Shown here in pieces: positions 13,831-26,389 of a DNA stretch of 64,000 nucleotides. The position numbers and the translations under genes were made by a program. The notes under the pieces were generated by a model. That model was not told the DNA's origin. It did no database searches and saw only the letters and a program-made list of their open reading frames with translations. How positions within the stretch are numbered: the stretch's first letter is position 1; every line of letters begins with the position of its first letter. The stretch lies in NCBI GenBank assembly GCA_013265495.1, contig MU057701.1, forward strand, positions 1,116,001 through 1,180,000, written 5' to 3'. This stretch comes from Vicugna vicugna (Eukaryota).

Positions 13831-15905
13831 GTAAAGACTCGCTCACCAGTAAATGACATATGGATCCTTATATTTACAAATTTAAGATGCTGCCTGTGAT
13901 GAAACCTTCTCATTGATACTTCTTTTCTAGCATAATAGTCCCTAACGTTTGCAATACAGAGGATATCCTAATAGATGTATTTGTAGTGAGGTTAGGACAG
14001 TACTGCTGCTGGAAGAGTATTTGAGAACTCCCTCACGGATCACGCAGCCCAGTGAGACTTTCTCTGAATACCGGCTGCAGTCCAGCGCAGACTGTCAGTA
14101 GGGCCTGCGGGCACGAAATTTTCTCCATCTCTCTCCTTCAGTACATGTTATTCCCTTTACTTTACGCTGTCAGGAACAATCTTGAGATTTTAATGACATG
14201 TATTCTAAACTGAATACTGTTTTCCTTTGCTTCCATTGCCATGCTTTTAACCTTGCTGAATTAATGTGTGTGTGTATCTGTAAGTATGTGTGTGTATATG
14301 TATATATCATACAGTCCTTAGAATATTTCGATATGGAAGCTCTAATGTTTCTGCTACATTCATAAATCAAGTATTTTATTCCCCAGGCATGCCTATTCAC
14401 TTTATGTGAATGTAGCAGAAACATCATAGCTTCTGTATCGAAACATTCTAAAGACCATCATGATAATTCTACTTCCCCTAATCTAAATCTAGCCTAAAGT
14501 AAATTTGGTTTTCATCAAGACCCATATTATTATTTAGCATTACTTGCTTTTACCTGTAGACTTACCTTCATTCTGTGACCTTTTTACCTGCAAATGGACA
14601 GTCTCTTTAGTTTGGAGTTTTAGAATCAACCACTCATACATCATACTTCAGCCTCGATAGTTTCTATAGAATGTTTATTATGATTTCCTCGTAACTAGAT
14701 TTTGAATTCTTCTTGGAAAAATTTGTTAATTATCTGCTGGTGGATTCTAAATGCTGTAATTATATGTATAGGCCAAATAAGCAGTTAGTTTCTGTTGTTT
14801 GTTTTTTTAACCTCACTACTCCCAGGGTTTGGGTTTGGGCACACTAAATGGGATGTGGTAGTGCTTATTCTGATCTTTACCCAATTGTAGAACCCAAAAG
14901 TAGTTCATGCATGTTCTAAACCCTTGGTAAAACAAAACAAAAATTCAGATTTTCTTTTAAAGAACACATATATGCATTATAAGCATACAAGACACATCAG
15001 GTGTTACGTGTGTTGGGAAGATTGCTCGTGTGGAGACCTCACTTATTCTTTTTAATCTCTAGGGTTTTCAGGTATTAAGTGGTATTGATTTGATTTAGAC
15101 TCCATCAAATGATAGAACTTTGAAATGATTTCCTTTAACTATTTGTTAAGAGTATTTCACTGCATTTCCTAAAAACACATTATTCCACCTGTCTAATCCA
15201 TAATATCAAAACATAAATCCCTTTCCTACCTGAGGAATGTCAGGAATTGAGACTAGAACTGTATCTCCTTAAGTCCTAGACTAGTGGTTTTATTTCAGTT
15301 TCACCAAGATGACTAAGAAGTTGTCTTTCATACTTTGAAACATATAAATGATTTCACAAGTTCAAGGGGATAGTACTATTTTCTGTGAGGTTTAATTTAA
15401 AAACACTGATGTATTCTTGAAACCAGGAAGTGGTGTGGAACGTACCCAGAAAGTGCAGGCTTGCCCTTGTGCTCCCCTCTGTCAGATGCCTTGCTGTTTC
15501 TGACTGCTTACATTTTTATCACAGTATATTTTATGGTTTACACAAAAAAGATAGTGGAAATGGGTAACAAAATTTTCTTACTAAAACAATGCCAACAGTA
15601 AAATATACCTTTGTCCAAAAGTGAGAATTAATGTTATATGTCTGTATAAATTATTATAAATCTGCCATGATAGGAGTGGACCAGGATGGTATAGATTACA
15701 TGGAAATTTTGAAATAAAACCATATTCTTCCCTTCATTTTGTATTTATCATGGATTACAAATTTATTTAGCAATTCAAAGTAACAGCACCTAATGAGTAG
15801 CTGGTACTTCTGGATAAGATCCTTGTACTCTCTGATGTTAAAATATCATAGAATTGCCCTAAACTGAGTGAGAAGTGACTTCAGCATAACAAAATAAGAG
15901 TTTTT

Positions 15906-16026
15906 GGTGGGTAGGGTATAGCTCAAGTGGTAGAGTGCATGCTTAGCTTGCACGAAGTCCTGGGTTCAATCCCCAGTACCTCCTCCAAAAATAAATAAAC
16001 CAAATACCCGCCCCGTTTAAAAAAAA
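15906..16026 (+). mobile_element. tRNA-Ala-derived SINE, Vic-1-like
   Basis: gggtatagctcaagtggtagagtgcatgcttagc...ggttcaatccccagtacctcc followed by an A-rich tail. Confidence 0.87.
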
Positions 16027-16129
16027 TTCTCATTTGCTTTTTGAGTGTGGTCGACTTTTCTAATGTAATCTGATATAACTAGTAGTGCTTTCTTTTATTA
16101 AAAAAATTATTTGCTAACATGATTAATAA

Positions 16130-16297
<168 letters not shown>

Positions 16298-17184
16298 TGA
16301 TTAGTGGTTATAATGATACGAATTAATTTATGACCTACAGTGCTTTCATTTTTAAATGTCAATGTAGCTTATGACATAGGATTACTGTCCTTGTCCAAGT
16401 CACATCCTTGGGCTTGGCCAAGTCCCCTTTTAGAAAATTTTCTCAAGTAAATGATTATGGATATGTGCAACAGTTTGGGCACAGGGAAGTTTACTACATC
16501 ATTGTTTATAGTAGCCCCAATCGGAAACAGCATTGAGGGGTTGATTTAATCAAACACCATAAGAGGGGGTTGATTAAATTATGGCACAAAGCAGAATGGC
16601 ATTAGTTCATATCGTATTATTAAGTGTTTGAAAAGTTACTAAGAAGTTATTAATATTATTAATTCATATTATTAAGCACTAAGAAAAGTTAGTAGCTGTT
16701 ATTAGTTTGTTATTTTTATATTATTTCTGTTACCTTTCCTTACAAAGGCATACTATACAGCCGCTGAAATGATGTTGTGGAATAACAGACATGTAAAGAT
16801 GGTAGTTGTGATATATTAAGTGAAAAGAAAGTTACAAGATAGTATGATGAAATTTTGGTAAACGTGTATGTGCAAAAATTGAAAGGCTCTACCTTATAAT
16901 GCTGATGGTGTTTATCTCTGGATATTAGGTTATGGGTTTTTTTTTTCTTTCTTCTTAAAAAGAAAGAAAAGCTATTTTTTTAATGATAAAAGGGAAGCTT
17001 AAAGGTTACTTATTAAATAAAGAAGTAAAAGAAGTTAAAAGTGCAATATCCAGCTAATAAAACAGTGTATCATGAAAGACCAAATCTATCTAAACGGTAG
17101 ACCGTATTAAACTCATTGGAGGGTATCCTTTATAAAGGGAAAATTTTGGGGTAAAGGTTCTGCTTGGGGAGCCCATCCCTGCTG

Positions 17185-17420
17185 CTGTAATAATGATAGC
17201 TCACGTTTGCTGAGCATTTACCATAAGCCAGATCCAGTGTCATCGGCTTCTTCAGCTCAGTTTACTCCCACAGAGACCCTTTTTAGATAACTATTATTAT
17301 CCTCATTTTCCAGATATACTCAACAGGAATTGAGTAGTTTGCCCAAGAATACATAGCTAGTAACTGGCAGAATCAAGAGTCTAGTCCAAGTTAGATGTGA
17401 AATCTCTGCTCTTAAATAAC
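17185..17420 (-). mobile_element. MIR SINE
   Basis: atagctcacgtttgctgagcattta...ctattattatcctcattttccagat...gcccaag...agctagtaa. Confidence 0.7.
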
Positions 17421-17887
17421 AGAGATATTTTGAAGTTCAGCTCTGGTTAGGTCAAGGGAAGAGGGAGGTCGAATTGAAAACTTTTTTCCATGACAGAGCC
17501 AGGATTGTCAAGGGCTCAGCGGGAGGTGTGAGGAGAGGAAGAGAGCAGGGTCTGCTGGTTGTTAAGTGAAGTTGCAGAGGGAGCATAGTTTGGACTTAAT
17601 TTCTAAAGATAAACTTTACAAAGTGACCCTGCCCTTTGAGAGAAGCATTGATTGACTCTGGTGTAATATTTTAGAGCAACGCATAGTCTCTTGAACGTCA
17701 AACTCTCAAGAAACTGTCCCTGATGAGCTTTGATGATAGCTTACGACATTTAAATGGTTGTAAATTAGAGTGTAAGTTTGATACTTGTTATAAGGAAAAC
17801 TACTGTTACTTGAATATTTAATTTTTATTAAAAATTCCCTGGAGAGTGTCTACCTCGAGTATTTATATAAACTCTTTTCAATTTCAG

Positions 17888-18066
17888 GAACATTTATCTT
17901 ACTTCCACTTTGTTGGACGAATAATGGGAATGGCTGTGTTTCATGGACATTATATTGATGGTGGTTTCACGTTGCCTTTTTATAAACAGTTGCTTGGGAA
18001 GTCCATTACTTTGGATGACATGGAGTTAGTTGATCCAGATCTTCATAACAGTTTAGTGTGGATACT
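17888..18066 (+). CDS. SMURF2: SMURF2 coding exon (~exon 14), HECT
   Basis: ttcag|GAA CAT...ATA CT|gtatg, 179 nt; [59 protein letters not shown]. Confidence 0.98.
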
Positions 18067-18853
18067 GTATGTATTGAGTTTGGTATTTGTTCATTATAGT
18101 TAGAATCTGACCTTTTAAAAAAGATGCATGTTTCAAAATGGATGTACTTTTTTTTGAAATTTAAAAAATGATACACAGACCACATAATACTTTTCTCCTT
18201 TCTGCTGCTTTTGTGCATATTCCAAATTCCTAAAAGTTAGCAAGTGTTACTACTTTAAAAAGGAAAATCCAGTATACTCTTAAGCACTTGCTATACATAT
18301 ATAATGATTTCCTCAACATGATGCAAATTCTCTTCCCATCTTGCATGTGTTAGAGTAACAAATTCCTGCTGAAGTGGTGATTGTTGAAACCATACTTTAA
18401 AAAGGTTATTTGTGAGAATCAGTTCTGTTTTTCAGGAGTTCATTTTCTTATGAAGATACATTGGCTGTACTTACGTTTACCAAGTACACGAGCAGCTTTC
18501 TCAGTCGGGCTACTCAGGCATTTGGTCACTTGGGTTACGCAGATTCAAGTAGGGCCTCTTACCTGAAAGCCAAACATAACAGAGGCTTCTCTGTTTAAAG
18601 CCCAGCTTTCCAGGGCTTTCTCATTACTCAGGAAGTAAAATGTTTCCTGTGTTTATAAAGGTTAAAGCTCTTTGACTCTCCTGCCCAAGAACTCGGAGGT
18701 ACAGTAGCGCAACAGCTAGTGAAAGGAATCCGACCCCGTATTTGTCATGTCATAAAACTATCTTAGTTTTATTTGTCTCACCAATTAATACAACTGTAAG
18801 ATCTGTATTTTAAAATTTCCAGTGAAGTATCTTTCCCTTTCTTTGCTTTCCAG

Positions 18854-18991
18854 TGAGAATGATATTACAGGTGTTTTGGACCATACCTTCTGTGTTGAAC
18901 ATAATGCATATGGTGAAATTATTCAGCATGAACTTAAGCCAAATGGCAAGAGTATCCCTGTTACTGAAGAAAATAAAAAAGAGTATGTCAG
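18854..18991 (+). CDS. SMURF2: SMURF2 coding exon (~exon 15), HECT
   Basis: tccag|T GAG AAT...GTC AG|gtaaa, 138 nt; ENDITGVLDHTFCVEHNAYGEIIQHELKPNGKSIPVTEENKKEYV. Confidence 0.98.
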
Positions 18992-19005
18992 GTAAACACT
19001 TCTGT

Positions 19006-19139
19006 GTTTTTTGTTCGTTTGTTATTTTTGGTAGGGAGGAGGTAATTGGGTTTATTTATTTTTAACGGAGGTCCTGGGGATTGAACCCAGGACCTCATGT
19101 GGCTCACATGCACTCTACCACTGAGCTGTATCCTCCCCC
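19006..19139 (-). mobile_element. tRNA-Ala-derived SINE, Vic-1-like
   Basis: ggggattgaacccaggacctc...ctctaccactgagctgta; perfect 11-bp TSD aacacttctgt. Confidence 0.9.
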
Positions 19140-19206
19140 AACACTTCTGTCCTTAAGCCTGGAAATTGTTTTACTGTTCTAGAATGGCAGTGTGAAAAAA
19201 CATTTA

Positions 19207-19795
19207 TGTATTTAGGTTATGTTACTTATTGCTACAAAATAGGCTTCTGCAGAATTTAGTGAGTTAAAGGCAACCACCATTCTATTAGTTCTCACAGTCC
19301 CATGCATGGGTCAGTAATTTGGCTGGAGGACAACAGGGAGAGCATGCGCTCCTCTGCATGGTGTCAGCTGGGACTGAAATATTAAAATGGCCTCAAGTCA
19401 CATTTCTGATGCCTCAGCCAGGATAGCTCAAACGGCTGGGAGCTAGGTGGAATGCCACTGGGTCACCATCTGGGGCTTCGTTCTCACTGTTGGCTGGATT
19501 CCTTGGTTACCCCATGTGGTATCAGAGGCCTCTCACTCTCCTCATGGCCTCTCCCCCTAGCAAGGTAGCTAGACTTTTTATGGGGTGGCTGCTTTCCCAG
19601 GGCACACAAGCAGAAGCTGTCGGATCTTTTTAAGGCCTAAGCCTGAAACTGGCCAGCATCACCTCTGGTATATTCTTTTGGTTAAACCGAGTCACGTGCC
19701 AGACCAGGTTCAGGGCGGAACAGAGGCTGTACAAAGACACAGGCAACAGGAGGCGTGGTGCGCGGGGTGGCGGGTGGCGCAGCTGCCGCAGCTGG
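19207..19795 (-). mobile_element. Old MLT1-family LTR
   Basis: tgtatttaggttat...gggtcagtaatttggctgg...ttaaggcctaagcctgaaactggc...gtcac motifs. Confidence 0.65.
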
Positions 19796-21828
19796 CTGTA
19801 CAGAAGCGCTTCTGTGCTCTTTTACTATATTACTGGCACTCATCCTATTTATAAATAAGCACATTGTGAGTTTGTATAAGAAAGATACTTCATATATATT
19901 TCTTATAAAAGTTAAGAAAATGTCCTTTAAGTTTTATAAAATCATCTGTTGATTGAGGAATTCAGAAGTAGTGGGTTAGATGATTTGGCTCATGGCATCT
20001 AAAGTTCTGAATAATAAACTATGGTAATCAAATGCGGGAGTTCGAACTTCACAGTATATTCACAGAAACATGCATGCTATACTTTTTTGTGTATTAATGT
20101 CCCCAAGTTGTATTGGCTAAAATTTTCTAGTTCACAGATGAGGCCTGTCAGTCTTAAACCATTGTTGGGAGTGAACATTGGTATAATTTTTTTGGAAAGC
20201 AATTTGGTAACAGCTACCAAAATGAAAACGCATATGCTTTTTAACTAGCAGCTCCAGTTTTAGGTACCTATTCTGTGGAAACACATATGTTGTTAAAGAA
20301 ACATGAGTAAGGATTTTCAATTAAATATTACTTGTAAAAAAATTAAAAACTTCTAAAATGTTTTTTAGAGAAGAATGGCATGCATTAAGCAGAATACTGT
20401 GTAGATAGTTAAAGAATATGAAAAAGAATATGTATGTATATATGCATAATTGAATCACTGTGCTGTATACTGGAAGCTAACACTACATTGTAAATCAACT
20501 GTGCGTCAATAAAAAATTTTTTTTAATTAAAAAAAAAAGACTGTATAAGCTGTCATTTAAAAAGCAAGTCTTAAAAGGAACAAAGTCTGTGTTGTTTTAT
20601 AATTACACAGAAAATGTTCAGGAAGGCTACATACCAAATAAAGTGTTTGCCTAGGAGAGGGAGCAGGGGTGGTGGGCCTGGAAGTAGAAAGGGAGAAGAG
20701 GATAAAAGAATGGATTTTCAGGTTTTGCTCTGTCTCCACATTTAATGTTTGATTTTTCCTCATATATTTTTCTCCAGTAATATGCATGACATTTCTAATT
20801 AAAAAAAAATGAATAAATGGGAAACTTCCTGAATTTCGGGAGCGTGCCACCTCCCAGATCGAGTGTAGATTGCTCAGTTCTTAGAGCTCACTTTCTAGGA
20901 GTCAGTCACGTGTGTAAGCACACAGTAATCAGCCCTTACCAGATACAGTTTTGAAATTTGAAAAATTACAAAGAAAACCTTTTTACAGATTGTGCAGTTT
21001 TGCTGTCCCCTTGAACAAATCAAAAGGAGGTCCCCCGAAGGATATAATATTAAATAACTTATTAAAGTCGAGAACTGTTTTTCCAAGTTTGGAAAAGGAA
21101 ATGCTGACAGGTTGGTAATATGAATAACTGACATTTGTGAGATGGAGAGGTTTTCCTGGGAAGATAAATTTTTTAAAAAAGCAAGTCTCTTATAAATTAG
21201 AAGTCCCAATCAAAAGCATAATTAGAACTACACATGAGATATGGTTTAGTGTGCTTTTTGTTACTAAAATAAGCCTGAAGGGGAAAATGAATCTTTAATC
21301 AAAAAGTGCTTGCTGTTGGCTTTCACTCTTTCTTCTCATTTTGGATAGAAGAATTCTCTTTGCCTCCTCTTTCCCCATATACCTCCCACAAAAGTAAAGA
21401 AAACACCCAACACATTCAGATTATATTTTCAAGTTCAGAAAAACAGCCATGTCTGGTTGAATGGGCTTTTTGCTGGTTATTGCCACGTGTGCTGGAAGTT
21501 GAGAAAGAAGTTTCGTTCAGATTTTAACTTCAGACTCACCTACACTCTAGCTGACTTCCAATTTACTACGGGCTTTCCTGATGTGCAGAGTTGCTGTATT
21601 GATCCTGCTTGTGTTAGTAGAAGGTTGCACCACTTTTTAATTTACAGTGAACTTCCTCACAGCTCAGGATTCATCTACCCTCAGTAATCTGAGATTCTGT
21701 TAGATTTTAGACTCAATTCTTAATACTAGATGCTTGTAAAGTGCAGTGTTGCTCAAGTGCTAGGATTCATAATAATTACCAAATCTGAATATATTCAGTC
21801 CTGTGAACCCCCTGCCTAATGTTTCCAG

Positions 21829-21949
21829 GCTCTATGTGAACTGGAGATTTTTACGAGGCATTGAGGCGCAGTTCCTGGCTCTGCAGAAAGGATTTAATGA
21901 AGTAATTCCACAGCATCTGCTGAAGACATTTGATGAGAAGGAGTTAGAG
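21829..21949 (+). CDS. SMURF2: SMURF2 coding exon (~exon 16), HECT
   Basis: tccag|G CTC TAT...TTA GAG|gtcag, 121 nt; LYVNWRFLRGIEAQFLALQKGFNEVIPQHLLKTFDEKELE. Confidence 0.98.
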
Positions 21950-23689
21950 GTCAGTGTATTAATGTCATGATGTCATCTAGTGTAACAAAGAAGGATTGGG
22001 CATTTTCTGTTACTTAGTTTTAGAGGCGAGTTGTATTTCTAGTGCTTTTGAAGTTTTATGGTGCGTGCTGCGAGAATTCTTATTCACAGGAAAAGTCTTT
22101 CGTGCTTTGGAAAAGCCTTTCATGCTTTGGAATGTCTACAAGTAAGCAATCTCTCTTATATTGTGAATATTCTTAATTTATTTTTCCAAATTATCCTTCC
22201 CTGTGTTCAACAGATTTTATGTTTTCTGTGTACATTCTTCTAGTGTTGTCTATTCCCTAATTAAGTAGTTACTGATTTAGTTAAAAACTTCATTAATTGG
22301 TTTCCAGCATATTATTTATTTGGAATAAAAGCCTAGGCTCAGTTGGATTACGTTAAGCTTTGCAAGAAAGCATTTGGTAGACAAAAACATAGAGGAAATA
22401 ATTAAAACACTTAGGATAAACTCTATCCATGTCTCCTTGGAAACATTCATTAACTAATAACAGCTGTAATAAAGAGTTACCTGTTTTTTGTTTTAAATCT
22501 CATCCTTAAAGCACGTTAGGTCTGGTTTTATAATTAAGACCTTTAACAAATAGATCTGAATTTCTACTGAACTGTTTTGAGAAGACAGTGAGGTTTTATT
22601 CCACCTGGGGTCCCAGATTTAATTAGTGGCTAGGGATAGCATAAATATTCGAACTCTTAACAAAGAATTTGAAACATGATTTTATTCATTAACTTCAGTG
22701 TCCTTTCTAACTAAATCTGTTAACAGACTTGTTGGCCAACAAATCTAAAAAGATTGGTTTGCCTCAGCACCATCACCATTGCTTTTGTGACTGAACTATT
22801 CAGTGGTGAAATGGCCAGGAGGTAGTCAGGAGGAGGAGGAACAGTTCCATAGCAGGAATGGCGGTAGTATTGAAATATGATGCATTTTCATCTGTTCATA
22901 CTATGAATAAGGAATTTGGCCTTAAAATTACCCAGTCCTCTAAAGAAAGTAATTTAGGAGGTATTTTTGTGTGTTATAAGTAGTTCTGTAATCCTACTTG
23001 GATAAGCACACACCTGTTAGTGTGGCTGTGATTCAGTAATTTTTCTCAGAACCCTTTAGAAGCTTCATTGGAGATTTTATTCAGTAGGGTTAGGGTTTAA
23101 TATATGGTTTCTATTGCTAATGAAATTAAACTTTTTATTAAAATATATGTATATGATTTATTTTAGTGTTATACTGGGTTAACATAATTGTAAGATACAA
23201 GATTTGCAAGTTACTTTGTTAATGCTACACACTATCATAATTCACTGGTTAGTGAGACGAGTCAGTCTTGGACTCAGGGTGCTGTATTAATAGTATCAAA
23301 ATGATTTTTATCTATACTAACTGACCCTGCATCAGGATACCAAGCAGAGCTCTATGTCAGTGCATTCATGGATTTCGTACTTTGATACAACTTTAAGCAG
23401 ACTGTATCACTTACTCAACACAGTTTCCTGAGTTCCTATGCTCTGTTGGTTGCTGTCACAGGATGTAATGAAACACATATTACTGTCATATTACAGCAGA
23501 GGAAACTGCTGGCCAAGGGAGGTGAACTGAATTGCCCAGAATCCCAAAGCTAGTAAGTGTTAAAACCAGAATAAAAGATGCAGATCTTAAGAAAGACACA
23601 TATAAACTGTTTTTACTCTTTGAGTCTAGCTTCTGTCCGTTACATTTTTTTTTTAGAATTCTATTATGAAATTATGGAACTTTTCATCA

Positions 23690-23862
23690 GATCCTGGGTA
23701 GGGGACCTGCAGTGAGTAGGTACTCACAGAGCTTTAAAAAGTACAGATCCTTAGTGTCACCCCAGATTCACAGAATTAAAATCTCTGAGCACTGGACCTC
23801 AAGTATATATTTTGAAAACTTTCCAGATGATTCTGATGTGTGCCCTCAATTAAGAATACCCT
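23690..23862. mobile_element. MER5-like hAT non-autonomous DNA transposon
   Basis: cccagattcacagaattaaaatctctg...ttccagatgattctgatgtg...ttaagaatac. Confidence 0.65.
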
Positions 23863-23962
23863 ATGAAAGCCAACACTACAAAGAAACCTAAAGTTGTATT
23901 TCGAGGAATTTTTGGCCTAACTTGGGTTTCCATTGGCTTATTATTGTGCAATATTTTAACAG

Positions 23963-24164
23963 CTCATTATTTGTGGACTTGGAAAGATAGATGTTAATGA
24001 CTGGAAGGTAAACACCCGGTTAAAACACTGTACACCAGACAGCAATGTTGTCAAGTGGTTCTGGAAAGCTGTGGAGTTTTTTGACGAGGAACGCCGAGCA
24101 CGGCTCCTTCAGTTCGTGACAGGCTCATCCCGAGTGCCTCTGCAGGGCTTCAAAGCTTTACAAG
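23963..24164 (+). CDS. SMURF2: SMURF2 coding exon (~exon 17), HECT C-lobe
   Basis: aacag|CTC ATT...CAA G|gtaag, 202 nt; LIICGLGKIDVNDWKVNTRLKHCTPDSNVVKWFWKAVEFFDEERRARLLQFVTGSSRVPLQGFKALQ. Confidence 0.98.
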
Positions 24165-25427
24165 GTAAGGAAGCAGAGGGACAGCTGACGAGACATCATC
24201 AGATTATTGGGGGTAGGGGCTCAATGTTGGGTTTATACAGATGGTTTACAGATACGTGCTTATAAACAGATTCTCTTTTCGCTCTATTTCTTATCTCTCT
24301 CATGTCTTGATACCTTCTTCTCCTTCCTTTCCTTTGTTCCCCTCCCAAGAGCCTTTTCTGCTGGGTTCTCTGTAATTGTAGTGAGTGCTGCATGTTAGAG
24401 ACCGTATATGGTGATGCTCTGCCTTTTTTCTGGTCACCTTGCTTTTAAATTCTGTTGCCCATTCCTATAGGGGAATTCTGTCTACTTCTGTGTTCACATC
24501 TCAACCTGGCAAACTTACCCACTTGGGATGCCTCTCCCCTATACTTTTTTATTCTTTTAATATAAAGAGGCTGCATGAGTTGTGGAAGCCATTTGTCTTG
24601 GTCAGAGCACTGTAATTAATGCATGACATCAGACCATTTTACAGCCATATTCCATTTTTAAGAATTGTTTTCCATGGAGTAGCTCTTTAATTTTGGGATG
24701 AGTTGGTGATACTGCTAGTGATTGTGGTTCTTCACTGGGTGGCAGTTGCTTCCTTTACCTTTGAAGCTCTTCATTTTCAAAGCTGCTGCTGCTGGTAATG
24801 ACTGAGGGTATACAAAGCAAGACTGGTACATAATTCGACAGTGTTGCCCACAGTACGTATGTTGAAAGTCCATGGAGAAAGCACATGGACTTTGAGTTGT
24901 GCGTGCTTTCCCTCTTGGTAGAACGCATCAACATTGGACTGCCCAGAAGCATAAAGTGCAGCTGTGTTTCTACATATATTTGTGTGGAGTGTCATATGTT
25001 AATTGAAATTTATTCAATAGACTGTTAATCTTTTGCTCTCAACAAAGTTTGAGTTGTGAAACCTAAATTTGCACTAGGTTGTCATCTTTTTGTGCATATA
25101 TGTACTTAATCTTCAATTTGCCCCTTTACTTCTCTTTGCTTACTTTTGGGACACTGCTTTCCTGTAAGAGAAGTTGGCGCAAAGGATTCCAGCCCTGAGC
25201 TTTTTCTCAAATTGAAATGCTAGCAGGTTAAGGAATCCAGCTTTAGTGAAGGTCAGTTACATCTTTCAAAACCCAGACTCTTCCTGCTGCCCTTTGGTGG
25301 CTTTTGTGGAGTCACCAGTACTCCCCTGTCCTTAGACCCTGTGGTTTATGTACCAGTTTTATTCTGAGACATCGGAGACTAATACACTCACCTGCAGCGA
25401 TCTGACCCACATTTACTTCCTCTGCAG

Positions 25428-25503
25428 GTGCTGCAGGCCCACGACTCTTCACCATACACCAGATTGATGCCTGCACTAATAACCTGCCAAAAGCCCACAC
25501 TTG
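25428..25503 (+). CDS. SMURF2: SMURF2 coding exon (~exon 18); the catalytic Cys codon is split by the next intron
   Basis: tgcag|GT GCT GCA...ACT TG|gtaag, 76 nt; GAAGPRLFTIHQIDACTNNLPKAHT(C). Confidence 0.98.
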
Positions 25504-25794
25504 GTAAGCTGTTTCTGTAGCTTTTTCCCGTCATTCCATGTATGTAGGTGTTAGTTTCAAATAGACTTGACATTTTGTTTATTGTTCTTATTACTAAATG
25601 GACCCTTAAAAGGAATGATAAGCAGCTCTTTTGAGTGAATTATTATTATTATGCAGAAATTGATAGGAAAACCCAAAAGCAGTGATCTCTACTTTAGAGA
25701 AATATAATCTTTTTCTTTTATTTTTCTGTGTGAAACAGAGTAGTGTGGCTGTATTAGTGTGAACTGATTAGCTAGGCCAGTGTACCAGTTTTGA

Positions 25795-25929
<135 letters not shown>

Positions 25930-26374
25930 CAACTTCAAGGATTTACCCAGGACTTTATTTATACCCCTGACTGACAGCCTCTTTCAGCAGAGTTTCAAGG
26001 AATGCTGAAATACAGGAAAATGCTCCCTCCCCCTTTAAAAAAAATTTTAGGACACTGTGAGGGGAAAGGACAATTTTGAAATTCCTTTTCAAGGAAAAAA
26101 AGAGGTCTTTATGCTTTGCCATGAGGCCACATTCAGCTGCTATTTAAAATTAATATCTTGAACCTAAAGAATGCTGACTTTTCCTACATTTCCAGAGTTA
26201 GGCAGTATTCTACACTTAAAGACTACTACTATTTTTATAAAAGGTAATCTATCAGATCGCTTCACAGATTTCAAGTCTATCAAACATCAAGACAACTTCA
26301 GCAGTCGGTACAAGTCACATTTCATTTTAATTGAATACATGATTTTGAACAGCTCCTGTACTTGCTCTTTGTAA

Positions 26375-26389
26375 AATAAATTAAATAAA
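26375..26389 (+). terminator. Proximal tandem polyadenylation signals of SMURF2
   Basis: AATAAA at 26375-26380 and 26384-26389, with TGTA upstream and T-rich sequence downstream. Confidence 0.55.

Noticed and set aside
15891..15905. The same aagagtttt motif precedes two different SINE insertions (4943 and ~15896)
   Set aside because: Most simply explained by the A-rich L1 endonuclease target preference plus chance.
22089..22147. Imperfect 20-bp tandem repeat bracketed by cag| and |gtaagc
   Set aside because: A 52-nt pseudo-exon with weak exonic donor context; best explained as an ordinary slippage duplication.
24755..24995. Antisense ORFs and a - strand donor (AAG|GTAAAG at ~24759) in a SMURF2 intron
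   Set aside because: No convincing acceptor and no recognisable protein. Only the sense-strand hairpin was kept as a finding.
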